Shown here one piece after another: positions 1 to 9,113 of a stretch of DNA of 38,088 nucleotides. Numbering within the stretch: the first letter of the stretch is position 1; each line of letters begins with the position of its first letter. Position numbers and translations under genes: made by a program. Below the pieces are notes generated by a model, which did not search any database, was not told the origin of the DNA, and saw nothing but the letters and a program-made list of their open reading frames with translations. Source of the DNA: a virus; IMG/VR virus record IMGVR_UViG_3300042970_000016. One strand, given 5' to 3'.

Positions 1-504
1 CTTCGTGAGCTCCGCCGAGAGGGAGTAGACCGGGAGGGAGTCCGCGTTCCCGAGGCTCCGGCTCACCGTGAAGGTGCCGGGCTCGGTGAACTCGTAGGTC
101 TCGTCCGCCTCGGCGTAGGCGTACGGGTCCGGGCACAGGAACGTGAGGTCGAAGGTGCAGGAGTTCCGCACGGCCTTGTCGAAGGAGAATCCGCCTTCGA
201 GCCTTGCCCGGTATACGCGTCCGGGCTCCTTGTCGAGGATGAGGTCCTTGAGGCCGTTGTCCGGGTTCAGCCATGCGATGATCTCGTCCTTACGTGCGAG
301 GAACTCCTCGTCGGATCTGCCCGGCGGGATGAAGCAGGAGATCTCGATCTTTCGTTCTCCGATGGTCTCCCCGAAGTCGAACACGCCCTCGCGTCCCGGG
401 ACGGTGACCGTGTTGTTGGTGAAGTCCGGCATCCTGTTTTCCTTCGTCTGCCGTGTGGCGAGGCCGAAGCTCTGGGATGTCCGTCCGTTGAATCTGAATC
501 CCAT
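1..504 (-). CDS. Distal tail (Dit)/phage tail family protein, 5' part, truncated by window edge
   Basis: Not in ORF track; ATG at 504 directly after TMP stop; reads MGFRFNGRTSQSFGL...TVTVPGREG...WLNP...LILDKEPGRVYRAR...LTFLCPDPYAY, typical Dit motifs. Confidence 0.85.
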   Translation of the reverse strand, partial: MGFRFNGRTSQSFGLATRQTKENRMPDFTNNTVTVPGREGVFDFGETIGERKIEISCFIPPGRSDEEFLARKDEIIAWLNPDNGLKDLILDKEPGRVYRARLEGGFSFDKAVRNSCTFDLTFLCPDPYAYAEADETYEFTEPGTFTVSRSLGNADSLPVYSLSAELTK

Positions 505-3222
505 TTAGATCACCGTTCCTTTCGCGCGGCGGCTTCCCACGAGCAGCGTGTTGAGCTGCTGGGAGATTCTGCGTATGTCGTCGTCGTTCCGTACGCTCAT
601 CGTCTCGATGTTGATGAGCGGGCCGTTGTTGCCCGTGGAGGCATCGCTCACGGCGTCGCGAATCATGGAGCGAAGCGATCCTGTGCCGACGACGGCCTCG
701 TCCCCGGCCTCGCCTCCGCCAAGAAGCGTGCCGTTCGACTGTCCGAAGATCGTCGCGTCCTTCAGGATCATGCCGCCTTCCATCGCCTTCTTGTACCAGG
801 AGACGGAGAAGTGCGGGATGCTCGGCGGGTTCAGGCTGAAGCTGCCGGTTATGGAGAAGTGCGGGAGCTTGATCTTCGGCAGGCTCCATTTGAAGTTGAA
901 GACATTCTCGAGCTTTCCGACGATCCCGGAAACGAAGCTCCAGATGCCGTTGAACACAGAGGAGAACGTGCCCTTGATGCCGTTCAGGATCCCGGAGATC
1001 GTGCTCTTGATCGTATTGAACGCGCCGGTGATGCCGCTCTTCATGGCGTTCACGACAGCCATCACGGCCGACTTGATGCCGTTCCAGATCGAGGTCACGA
1101 CGGATTTCACGCCGTTGAATATCGTGCTGGTCGTGGTTTGTATGGCGTTCCATGCGGTGGATACGGCTGTGCCGATCGCTGTCACGACTGTGGTGATCAC
1201 GGTTTTGATCGCGTTCCAGATGGTGCTGACCACGGTCTGGATGGCGGTGAGAACGGTGGTGATGACGGTCTTGTAGATGTTGAAGTAGGTCGTCACCACG
1301 GTCTGGATCGCCGTGAAGATGGTCGTGAAGAACGACGTGATGCCGTTCCAGATGGTCTGGATCACGGTGCTGATATCGTTCATGACGGTTTCGACGACGG
1401 TCCTGATGCCGTTCCACGCACCGGAGAGGAACGTGCCGATTCCCGTCACGGCGGTGGTGAAAACGCCCGCGATCGCCGTCCAGATCGTCGTGAAGAAGTC
1501 CCTGATCGCGGTGAACACCGTGACAGCGACCTGCTTGATGTTGTCCCAGAGGCCGGTCCAGAAGTCCCGGAAGCTCTCGCAGTTATTCCACAGGTAGAGG
1601 AACGCGGCGACGAGAAGACCGATGGCTGTGATGACGAGGCCGATCGGGTTCGCGGCCATGGTCGCGTTGAGCCCGGTCATGACGGTTTTCATCGCGGTGA
1701 TCGCCGTCGTGACCTTCGGGATGACGGTGAGGATCGTCCCCACCGATGTGATCAGCTTTCCGACGATGATGAGCACGGGCCCCACGGCTGCGGCGACGAG
1801 GGCGATCTTCACGATGGTCTCCTGCATGGGGCCGGGGATGGTGTTCCAGACGTCCGCGAACTTCTGGAGCGCGGCGGACATGTCCTGCAGGACGGGCTGG
1901 AGGACGGTCGCGAGGCTGTTCCCAATGTCGGCCCCGACTTCCTTCAGGGAGTTCAGGGTCATCTGGAACTGGTCGATCGGGTCGAGCGTCTCGTTGAAGG
2001 TGTTCTCCACGCTGCCGGAGAAGTCGCCGAGCGTGCCGGACAGGTCGTCGAGGTTGAGTTTCCCGCTTTGCACGGCGTTGTAGATGGACGCGCCTGCCTT
2101 GCTTCCGAACAGGTCGTAGGCAGCCTGCAGCTTCTCGGTGTCCGACTTGTTGGAGTTCATCGTGTCGGAGAAGCCCTTGAGCGCGTCGTCGAGGGTCATG
2201 CCGTCGTCCGCAGCGTTCTTCATGGCCTTCTTGAGACCGGCCATCGCCGTGGAGGTGTCAAGGCCGGACATCTCGACCATGCCCATGAATCCTGCGGCCT
2301 GCTGGGCGGTGAGTCCCATCTCCTTGAACTGCGCGGCGTTCTGCGAGAGGTCGTTCGCCAGCGTGTCCATGGAGATTCCGGTCGCCTGCCCGGTGGCGTT
2401 GAGCGCGTCGAGGAGGTCGCCCGCGTCGTCCGTGGACTGCCCGAAGGCGTTCAGGACGGAGGAGACGTTGTCGACGGAGGTGGATACGTCTGTGTCGTTG
2501 AGCTGCGCGAACTTGATGAACTTTCCGGACAGGTCCTCGAGCGCCTGCCCGGTGAGCCCGAACCTCGTGTTGACTTCGCCGACGGCAGCGCCCGCGGTCT
2601 CGAAGTCCGTCGGGATCCGGGTCGCGAGGTTCTTGACGCTCTGCTGCATGTCCTCGAGCGCCTGACCGGACGCGCCGGTTTTCTGCGTCACGATGTCGAG
2701 TCCGGAATCCACCTCGCCGAACGCGGCAAGGGAGGCGGCTCCGATCGCTGTGATGGGCGCGGTCACGCCCTTGGAGAGGGACTCCCCGACGCCGCTGATC
2801 TTGCCGCCGACCTCCTGCATCGTGGAGCCGGTCTCCTTCAGGGTTGCGGAGATGAAGGAGTCGGTGTCCTTCGCTTCCTTTTCGAGGTTCTTGAGTTCCT
2901 GCTCGGTGGCGATGATCTCGCGCTGCCATGCGTCGTACTGCTCCTGTGTGACGCTGCCGCTTTTGAGGCCCTCGTCCATCTGGTCCTGCACGGACTTGAG
3001 CTGTGTGAGCTTGTCCTTGGTCTCCGCCACCGCCTGTGAGAGGAGTTTCTGCTTCTGGGCGATGAGCTCGGAGTTGGTCGGGTCGAGCTTGAGGAGCTTG
3101 TTCACGTCCTTGAGCTGGGACTGGGTGCTTTTGATTTCCTTGTTGACGCCGGACAGCGCCTTCGAGAGGCCGGTCGTATCGCCGCCGATCTCGACTGTGA
3201 TGCCTTTGATTCTGTCAGCCAT
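505..3222 (-). CDS. Tail tape measure protein (905 aa)
   Basis: MADRIKGITVEIGGDTTGL start, coiled coil, ANPIGLVI segment, W/F-periodic ~11-aa repeats; position after tail chaperone. Confidence 0.95.
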   Translation of the reverse strand: MADRIKGITVEIGGDTTGLSKALSGVNKEIKSTQSQLKDVNKLLKLDPTNSELIAQKQKLLSQAVAETKDKLTQLKSVQDQMDEGLKSGSVTQEQYDAWQREIIATEQELKNLEKEAKDTDSFISATLKETGSTMQEVGGKISGVGESLSKGVTAPITAIGAASLAAFGEVDSGLDIVTQKTGASGQALEDMQQSVKNLATRIPTDFETAGAAVGEVNTRFGLTGQALEDLSGKFIKFAQLNDTDVSTSVDNVSSVLNAFGQSTDDAGDLLDALNATGQATGISMDTLANDLSQNAAQFKEMGLTAQQAAGFMGMVEMSGLDTSTAMAGLKKAMKNAADDGMTLDDALKGFSDTMNSNKSDTEKLQAAYDLFGSKAGASIYNAVQSGKLNLDDLSGTLGDFSGSVENTFNETLDPIDQFQMTLNSLKEVGADIGNSLATVLQPVLQDMSAALQKFADVWNTIPGPMQETIVKIALVAAAVGPVLIIVGKLITSVGTILTVIPKVTTAITAMKTVMTGLNATMAANPIGLVITAIGLLVAAFLYLWNNCESFRDFWTGLWDNIKQVAVTVFTAIRDFFTTIWTAIAGVFTTAVTGIGTFLSGAWNGIRTVVETVMNDISTVIQTIWNGITSFFTTIFTAIQTVVTTYFNIYKTVITTVLTAIQTVVSTIWNAIKTVITTVVTAIGTAVSTAWNAIQTTTSTIFNGVKSVVTSIWNGIKSAVMAVVNAMKSGITGAFNTIKSTISGILNGIKGTFSSVFNGIWSFVSGIVGKLENVFNFKWSLPKIKLPHFSITGSFSLNPPSIPHFSVSWYKKAMEGGMILKDATIFGQSNGTLLGGGEAGDEAVVGTGSLRSMIRDAVSDASTGNNGPLINIETMSVRNDDDIRRISQQLNTLLVGSRRAKGTVI

Positions 3223-3237
3223 ACGAAGCCTCCTTCC

Positions 3238-3402
3238 TTAGAATCTGTCCATTTGCTCCTGCGTTGCGATCTCGGCATAGTCATAGTCGTCGTTGCTCAT
3301 CTCCGCGTACATGTCGTTGACGGTGCCGATCGTCAGGAGGTCGAGCTCCGAGATGGAAAGCCCGATCTGCACGCAGCGGAGCAGGAAGAGCGGGGTCGTC
3401 AT
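3238..3402 (-). CDS. Tail assembly chaperone C-terminal extension (gpT-like, 54 aa MTTPLFLLRCVQIG...ATQEQMDRF)
   Basis: Own translation; ATGA overlap with upstream chaperone stop; lies in -1 frame after slippery A AAA AAC. Confidence 0.8.
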   Translation of the reverse strand: MTTPLFLLRCVQIGLSISELDLLTIGTVNDMYAEMSNDDYDYAEIATQEQMDRF

Positions 3403-3776
3403 TTCCCGTTCTGTCGCATGCCGTTTTTTTTAACGGCCACCTCCTGCTCCGTGTTGAGCCCCCACAGCTCGATGATCTGCGGGAGAATCTCGTAGATCGA
3501 GAATGTATTAAATTCGTCCAGCCATTCCTCCGGGGTGTCCGGCACGGTCTTGTCCGCGTGCTTAGCCATGAGCCACGCGATGTTCTCGAACAGTTCGAGA
3601 CTGAACGTGTCGAGGCTGGAGTTTTCGGCGTCGCTTTCGTCGATGCCTTTCTGCAGCTCGCTCAGATCGCGGTAGATGTCCCTGTGGAACTTGTTCCGGT
3701 AGAGCCTCGGGATCGCGGCGGACGCGCGGAACGTCACCTGCCTGCCGTCAACTTCTATTGTCTTTGTCACTGCCAT
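3399..3776 (-). CDS. Tail assembly chaperone (gpG-like)
   Basis: 125 aa between major tail and TMP, ends VAVKKN over an A8 run. Confidence 0.85.
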   Translation of the reverse strand: MAVTKTIEVDGRQVTFRASAAIPRLYRNKFHRDIYRDLSELQKGIDESDAENSSLDTFSLELFENIAWLMAKHADKTVPDTPEEWLDEFNTFSIYEILPQIIELWGLNTEQEVAVKKNGMRQNGK

Positions 3777-3787
3777 GTGTTCTCACC

Positions 3788-4390
3788 TCACTCGCCCGTG
3801 CCGCTCGTGGATGAGGATGCCGCGGTCGACGACGGCTCGTAGACCTTGTCGTACCATGCGTTGTACACGGTGTCGGTGGTGTTCGTGCCGGTCTTGACCT
3901 TCACGAGCCCGGACGGGAGCGGGGACACGGTGAGGGAGAGGGTCTCCGTCTGCACCTCCGTGGAGTCCTCCTTCGTGGAGCTGGACACGGACGGGCGGAT
4001 CGCCGAGCAGTAGTACATGCAGTGGCGGATCTTCCGCTGGTCGCCGGAGAACTCGAAGAGGAGCGCGAAATGCTCCGGCTCCACGTCCTTGTTCTCGGCG
4101 ATGACGCCATTGGCGTCCTCCGTCTCGTGCATCACGTCCGTGAGGAAGCTCTCCGGGATGAGGGCGAGCTCGAAGTCGCCGGAGTATCCGTTGTTGTTCG
4201 AGACCATGTAGTACACGGAGTCGTCCGCGTAGAACGGGTCGTTGTCGCCCTCCGCGTCAAGGGAGAGCGATACCGCGCCGGGCATGGCGACGGGTGTGCC
4301 GAACGTGACCGTGCCGTCCTCGGCGAGCGTCGCGATCGCGTAGTGGCAGTTCCTGAGGCCGAACTTGACCTTGTTTTTCTTGTTAGCCAT
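3788..4390 (-). CDS. Major tail protein (phi13-type)
   Basis: Start MANKKNKVKFGL with GGAGG RBS; FYADD and NNGYSGD motifs. Confidence 0.92.
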   Translation of the reverse strand: MANKKNKVKFGLRNCHYAIATLAEDGTVTFGTPVAMPGAVSLSLDAEGDNDPFYADDSVYYMVSNNNGYSGDFELALIPESFLTDVMHETEDANGVIAENKDVEPEHFALLFEFSGDQRKIRHCMYYCSAIRPSVSSSTKEDSTEVQTETLSLTVSPLPSGLVKVKTGTNTTDTVYNAWYDKVYEPSSTAASSSTSGTGE

Positions 4391-4395
4391 ATCTG

Positions 4396-4722
4396 TTAAC
4401 CTCCTATGATCTGTGTCTGGTACAGGACCTCGTACATCCGTTCCTCCGCGATCCACACCTCCGATTTTTCGAAGGGGAGCTCATGCGAGTTGAGGATGTC
4501 CTCGATCCGGGTTTCCATATCAGGATCCTTCCTGTCCGTGTAGAGCTCGACATTGAGTTCGTCGATCTTCTGGAAGACCGTGTTGTCCGCAAACAGGTTG
4601 TCGCTTCCCGGGAACAGGAAGCAGATGAAGGGCGGGTCCGGGGACTCGCCTTCCGCGAAGTGGTCGTAGGCGACGGGGAGCCCGGTCTCCTCGATCATCG
4701 ATTTCGTTTCCTCGAATGTCAT
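4396..4722 (-). CDS. Tail terminator/completion protein
   Basis: 108 aa acidic ORF immediately upstream of major tail gene; ELYTDRKD motif. Confidence 0.75.
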   Translation of the reverse strand: MTFEETKSMIEETGLPVAYDHFAEGESPDPPFICFLFPGSDNLFADNTVFQKIDELNVELYTDRKDPDMETRIEDILNSHELPFEKSEVWIAEERMYEVLYQTQIIGG

Positions 4723-4728
4723 GGGATG

Positions 4729-5109
4729 TCATCCTTTCAGCTTGCTTTCGATGGCTTCGACGAGCTTCTCGTTGCCGCGCTGCTCGGCGCTTGCGATGTG
4801 GGGCCGTGCGGCGACCCTTCCGCCGCCGCGCTTGGCGTGCCCGTGTTCGAGCAGGTGGGCGATCTGGTAGCGGTTCCTCGAGTGCACGACGAGGTCGATG
4901 GATTCGGAGTCCTCGTGGACGTTCTTCACGGACCACGATTTCTTGTATTTCCCCGTGTCCACCGGGGCGTTGTCTTGGATGTCCTTGCGGACGGATTTCG
5001 CCGTTTCCTTCACGGCGTCCTTCAGGTCGTCCGCCGCGAGGTCCGCGTATTTCTCAAGCTCCGTCATGATGGCGGAGTCCATGTCGTCGATCGACGTGTT
5101 CCTGCTCAT
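4729..5109 (-). CDS. HK97 gp10-like tail completion protein
   Basis: Start MSRNTSID; APVDTGKYKKSW, HLLEHGH, RPHI motifs. Confidence 0.88.
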   Translation of the reverse strand: MSRNTSIDDMDSAIMTELEKYADLAADDLKDAVKETAKSVRKDIQDNAPVDTGKYKKSWSVKNVHEDSESIDLVVHSRNRYQIAHLLEHGHAKRGGGRVAARPHIASAEQRGNEKLVEAIESKLKG

Positions 5110-5438
5110 GTGCCTTTCTCCAGCCTGCAGTTGAATTTGATCGAGTTGCGTTTGTATCCCATCGGGTTCACGTAGGTGATGTTGTAGGTCTTGCCTTCCG
5201 CGAGGATCCGGTATTTCGTGGATTCGACCACGGCGAGCTCGGAGCACCAGCGGCAGGTGAAGTCGAGGGACTCCTCGGGGCTGATGATCTCGCCGCTCGA
5301 CTCGGTGCCGGTCTGCGTGCCGATGGTGGCATGGCACGTGAAGTAGTCCGTCCATGCCGAGATGTGGTTCCCGTACTTGTCGACCGTGACCGTGTTCTTC
5401 TGGAAGGTCACGGGGACGCGGAGGGCGGCGATGTTCAT
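5106..5438 (-). CDS. Head closure / head-tail adaptor (SPP1 gp16-like)
   Basis: 110 aa, DKYGN...W and YRI...YNI pattern, canonical position. Confidence 0.85.
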   Translation of the reverse strand: MNIAALRVPVTFQKNTVTVDKYGNHISAWTDYFTCHATIGTQTGTESSGEIISPEESLDFTCRWCSELAVVESTKYRILAEGKTYNITYVNPMGYKRNSIKFNCRLEKGT

Positions 5439-5725
5439 CAGAAGTCCTCCTTCCTGACGCCGAAGAGCAGCGCGCGGAGCGTGAGGTTCAGCTGGTTGTG
5501 GTTCGCCTCCTCACGGTGCTCGTAGAGGTACGCCACGGTGTAGAGGATGGCGATGCGCATGCGGATGAGGATCCTTTCCTCGCTCGCCTCCCGTTCCTCG
5601 TCGGAGAAACGGGCGATGTCCTGCACGATGCCTGTTGCGGATGCGATGAGATGTGTGATCAGCTCGTCCTCGTCGGAGGAACTGACCCTGAGATAGGTTT
5701 TCGCTTCGTCAAGCGTCACTTCCAT
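5438..5725 (-). CDS. Head-tail connector (HK97 gp6-like)
   Basis: TLDEAKTYLRV...DELI...YLYEHRE motifs, follows capsid gene. Confidence 0.9.
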   Translation of the reverse strand: MEVTLDEAKTYLRVSSSDEDELITHLIASATGIVQDIARFSDEEREASEERILIRMRIAILYTVAYLYEHREEANHNQLNLTLRALLFGVRKEDF

Positions 5726-5745
5726 AAGGCACCTCCATAAAGGGA

Positions 5746-5778
5746 ACGGGCACCTCCGGGAGAACCGGGGATGCCCGT
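5746..5778 (-). terminator. Stem-loop after major capsid gene
   Basis: ACGGGCAtcCCCGG-loop-CCGGaggTGCCCGT hairpin followed by TCCCTTT on minus strand; weak U tract. Confidence 0.55.
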
Positions 5779-5794
5779 GTGTTCAATGCGCGGA

Positions 5795-7000
5795 TCAGGC
5801 GGATGCCTTGACGGAAAGGCCGCGCACGGCCTCAGGCAGGATGAGCTTGCCGTCGACCCTTTCGGAGGCGAGGAAGCCGATCTGCCCGTTCGCCGCGTAC
5901 AGCTCGGACAGGCGCTTGAAGGAGCGTCCCTGGCGGTCGGCGATCCAGTAGTAGGAGAAGTCGCCGAACAGGATCGGCACGTTCCCGGCCGCCAGTTCCG
6001 GCGCGTAGATGCTCGTCCTGTACGGGCGGTTGAGGATGGTGTCCGGCTGGCCTGCGACCACGCTCGGCTGCCAGATGTAGTTCCCGTTGCCGTCCTTGAT
6101 CTTGCGCAGCGCCTTGACGGTTGAGTCGTTCAGGATCCAGACCGCGCGGTTGCGGTACACGCTTCTCAGGGAGTGGAACACGTCCATGATCTGGTCGAAG
6201 GTGAGGTTCGTGTTCGCGATCTCCGTGGTCGCGCCATCGGTCGCCTTGACCTTGGTGAAGACGCCCTCAGGCTTCTTCTGGCCGTCGCCGACGAGGAACG
6301 CCTCCTCCTCGGCGGCACCGATGCGCCGTGCGAACTCGGTGGAGATGTAGCTCTCGAGGTCGAAGACGGAGTCGTTCATCAGCTCCTCGGACACCTTGAT
6401 GGCGGTGCCGAGCTTGTACGCGGAGAGCGTGATCTGGTCGAAGGTCTCGTCGGATTCCGGGTACAGGCCGTTCTCCTCCATCCAGCTCGCCGTCCCGTGG
6501 GATGCGACGATCGGGATGGTGTGCGTCCCGCTGTCGGTCTGGATGACGTGGGCGAGGGAGCGGAAGAAGTTCTCGTCGGTCAGCGCCTGCACGAGCTGCC
6601 TCTCGTACTCGTCCGGGACGAGGTAGCCGCCGTTCGCATCGGTCCCGGCCTCGAGGACGTTCTTGACGTCGTACCAGTTGCGCTTGCGGATGCTGTCCCA
6701 GAACGCGGTCTTGTACGCCTTGGACGCGATGCCCGGCTTGTCGTCCGGCTCGTCCTTTGCGCCCGGTTTCCCGGTGAGCGGCGCAGAGGTCGGCTGGGAG
6801 AGCATCCTGTCGATCTGCTCCTGGCGCTGCAGGCGTTCGATGTCGTGCGTGAGGTCGGTGACCTCCTTCTCCATCCTGTCATAGGTGGCGGCGTCCTCCG
6901 CGGACACGTTGCCGCCGTCCGTGGAGTGGGTGTCGAGGAAGTTCTTCGCGGCGTCCCACGCCTTGGCTCTTTTTTCCATAAGGTCCATGATCTTGGTCAT
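5795..7000 (-). CDS. Major capsid protein, HK97 fold with N-terminal scaffold (delta) domain
   Basis: Start MTKIMDL after GGAGG; GGYLVP, WILND, YIWQP, FGDFSYY, RVDGK motifs. Confidence 0.96.
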   Translation of the reverse strand: MTKIMDLMEKRAKAWDAAKNFLDTHSTDGGNVSAEDAATYDRMEKEVTDLTHDIERLQRQEQIDRMLSQPTSAPLTGKPGAKDEPDDKPGIASKAYKTAFWDSIRKRNWYDVKNVLEAGTDANGGYLVPDEYERQLVQALTDENFFRSLAHVIQTDSGTHTIPIVASHGTASWMEENGLYPESDETFDQITLSAYKLGTAIKVSEELMNDSVFDLESYISTEFARRIGAAEEEAFLVGDGQKKPEGVFTKVKATDGATTEIANTNLTFDQIMDVFHSLRSVYRNRAVWILNDSTVKALRKIKDGNGNYIWQPSVVAGQPDTILNRPYRTSIYAPELAAGNVPILFGDFSYYWIADRQGRSFKRLSELYAANGQIGFLASERVDGKLILPEAVRGLSVKASA

Positions 7001-7021
7001 TTCGGATTCCTCCATTTCGTT

Positions 7022-7756
7022 TCAGTGGCTGAGAAGCGACAGGCGCTTCCTGAGGTCGGCGGCCTTGACGGCCGGTTTCGTATCTTTCTGCGCGGGTGCG
7101 CGTTTCGGGATGAGCTTGGAAAGAAGCGAGTCGGTGACGGCCTTCCGTGAGAAGAGCATCCCGATCTCCGTGCCGTCCTCCTCGGCTGGCCCGGTGCCGT
7201 CCGAGAAGAGGATCTCGTCCGCGAATCCGAGCTTCTTCGCTTCCCTGGCGTTCATCCAGGTCTCGGCGTCCATGAGCTTCGAGATCTTGTTCCGGGACAG
7301 CCCGGACTTGAGCTCGTAGGCGTTCATGATGCTTTCCTTGACCTCGGAAAGCATGTCGATGGCTTTCTGCATCTCCTCGCTGTCGCCGATCGCGATGGTC
7401 GCGGGGTTGTGCACCATGAGCATCGCGACGGGGCTCATGCAGACCCTTGTACCGGCCATCGCGATGACGGATGCCGCGGATGCCGCGAGCGCGTCGATCT
7501 TGACGGTCACGTCGTACGGGTAGTCCATCAGCATGTTGTAGATCTGCGCGGCTGCGAAGACGTCCCCGCCGGGCGAGTTGATCCAGAGGGTGATGCCGCC
7601 CTTGCCGGAGTTGAGCTCGTCCTTGAATGCCCGTGGGGTGATCTCGTCGCCGTACCAGGTCTCATCGGAGATTTCTCCGTCGAGGTAGAGCGTGCGGTCG
7701 GATCCGAAGCCGTCCGGGGTCTCGTTTCGCGCCCATCGCCAGAATTTTCTTGTCAT
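7022..7756 (-). CDS. ClpP-like prohead protease
   Basis: WINSPGGDV, ALAASAASVIA, MVHNP, ETWMNA motifs. Confidence 0.95.
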   Translation of the reverse strand: MTRKFWRWARNETPDGFGSDRTLYLDGEISDETWYGDEITPRAFKDELNSGKGGITLWINSPGGDVFAAAQIYNMLMDYPYDVTVKIDALAASAASVIAMAGTRVCMSPVAMLMVHNPATIAIGDSEEMQKAIDMLSEVKESIMNAYELKSGLSRNKISKLMDAETWMNAREAKKLGFADEILFSDGTGPAEEDGTEIGMLFSRKAVTDSLLSKLIPKRAPAQKDTKPAVKAADLRKRLSLLSH

Positions 7757-9093
7757 AGGGTTTTCCTCCTTCCCCGGAGCCGGTTATCGGACTCCGATTG
7801 TTCCTGTGGTTCTTCTGTCTGTTCTTCCTGTGTTCTGTCGGGTTCCTCAGTTTCCTGCGGTGCCGAGGCCGCGAAGATTCCGGCGTCCTCGAGCTTGGTC
7901 ATGTTGCCGTTGATGAGGTACAGGTCCCCGCCTTCCTCGGCGGGGATGCGGTCGAGGTTTTCGAGCTCGCGGATGTCGTTCGCGCTCATCCATCCGTTCT
8001 GGCGTGCAGTCGCGTATCCGTTCATGCGGCTCTGGTAGTCGCCTCTGAGAAGCCCGTCCACGTTGAATTTGAAGAAGTATTCCTTCTTCTCCTCGGGGCG
8101 GAGGAGCGCTCTACGCATGGACTGCTCCCAGCGGGAGACCCACGGGTCGAGCGTGTATTTCACGAATTCCAGGGACTGCTGCTCGATGTTGCTGAACGAG
8201 CTTTTCTCAAGGTCGCCGATCATGTGGGGCGGGATGCGGAAGATCCTCGCGATCTCGTCGATCTGGAATTTCCGTGTCTCGAGGAACTGTGCCTGCTCCG
8301 GGCTGATGCTGATCGGTGTGTATTTCATGCCTTCCTCGAGGACCGCCACTTTGTTGGAGTTGGCGGAGCCGCCGAAGGCCGTGTTCCAGCTTTCCCGGAC
8401 CCTTTCCGGGTCCTTCACCACGCCGGGGTGTTCGAGGATTCCGCCGGGCGTCGCGCCGTTTGCGAAGAACTTCGCGCCGTACTCCTCGCAGGCAATCGAC
8501 ATGCCGATCGAGTTTTTGGCCATCGCGATGGGCGAGTAGCCGACGAGCCCGTCGAAGCCGAGACCGGGGATGTGGAGCACGTCGTAAGGTGAGAGCCTGA
8601 CGAGGCTCCCGTTCATCGTGTGAGCCTCGTCCTGCGAGGTCTGGTATTCGTAGTAGAGGTGCCCGTTCTCGTCCCGGTCGACGGTCATGCGGTTTGGCAT
8701 GAGCGGGTAGAGCGCGACGACCTCGCCTTTGCCGTTTCGGATGATCTGCGCGTAGGCATTGCCCCACAGGAGCAGGTGCGTCATGAGCGTTTCCCGCAAG
8801 ACGAAGCTCGTCATCTCGGGGTTCGGCTCGTCATGCAAAAGCTCGTAGAGCGGGTGGTCGATGGCTTTCTCCTTGCTGCCGTTTTCCGTGTAGCGGTACA
8901 GGTGCAGCGGGAGTCCCGCGATCGCCTCGGACAGGATCCGGACGCAGGAGTAGACCGCTGTCATCTGCATGGCGGAGCGTTCCGTCACCGTCTTGCCGGA
9001 GGTGGTGCCTCCGAAGAAGAAGCGGTAGCTGCTTGCGGCGGTGGAGTCCTTTGGCTTGTCGCGGCTTTTGAATATTCCCTTGAATATGCTCAT
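7753..9093 (-). CDS. Portal protein, HK97 family
   Basis: AVYSCVRILSE, LLWGNAY, GYSPI, IARIFRIPP, SNIEQQ motifs. Confidence 0.96.
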   Translation of the reverse strand: MSIFKGIFKSRDKPKDSTAASSYRFFFGGTTSGKTVTERSAMQMTAVYSCVRILSEAIAGLPLHLYRYTENGSKEKAIDHPLYELLHDEPNPEMTSFVLRETLMTHLLLWGNAYAQIIRNGKGEVVALYPLMPNRMTVDRDENGHLYYEYQTSQDEAHTMNGSLVRLSPYDVLHIPGLGFDGLVGYSPIAMAKNSIGMSIACEEYGAKFFANGATPGGILEHPGVVKDPERVRESWNTAFGGSANSNKVAVLEEGMKYTPISISPEQAQFLETRKFQIDEIARIFRIPPHMIGDLEKSSFSNIEQQSLEFVKYTLDPWVSRWEQSMRRALLRPEEKKEYFFKFNVDGLLRGDYQSRMNGYATARQNGWMSANDIRELENLDRIPAEEGGDLYLINGNMTKLEDAGIFAASAPQETEEPDRTQEEQTEEPQEQSESDNRLRGRRKTL

Positions 9094-9113
9094 GGGCTTG
9101 TCCTCCGTGTGTT

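Noticed and set aside
900-1600. Repetitive DNA in tape measure gene as a possible array or DGR repeat
   Set aside because: Degenerate 11-residue protein periodicity typical of TMPs; no reverse transcriptase or TR/VR pair
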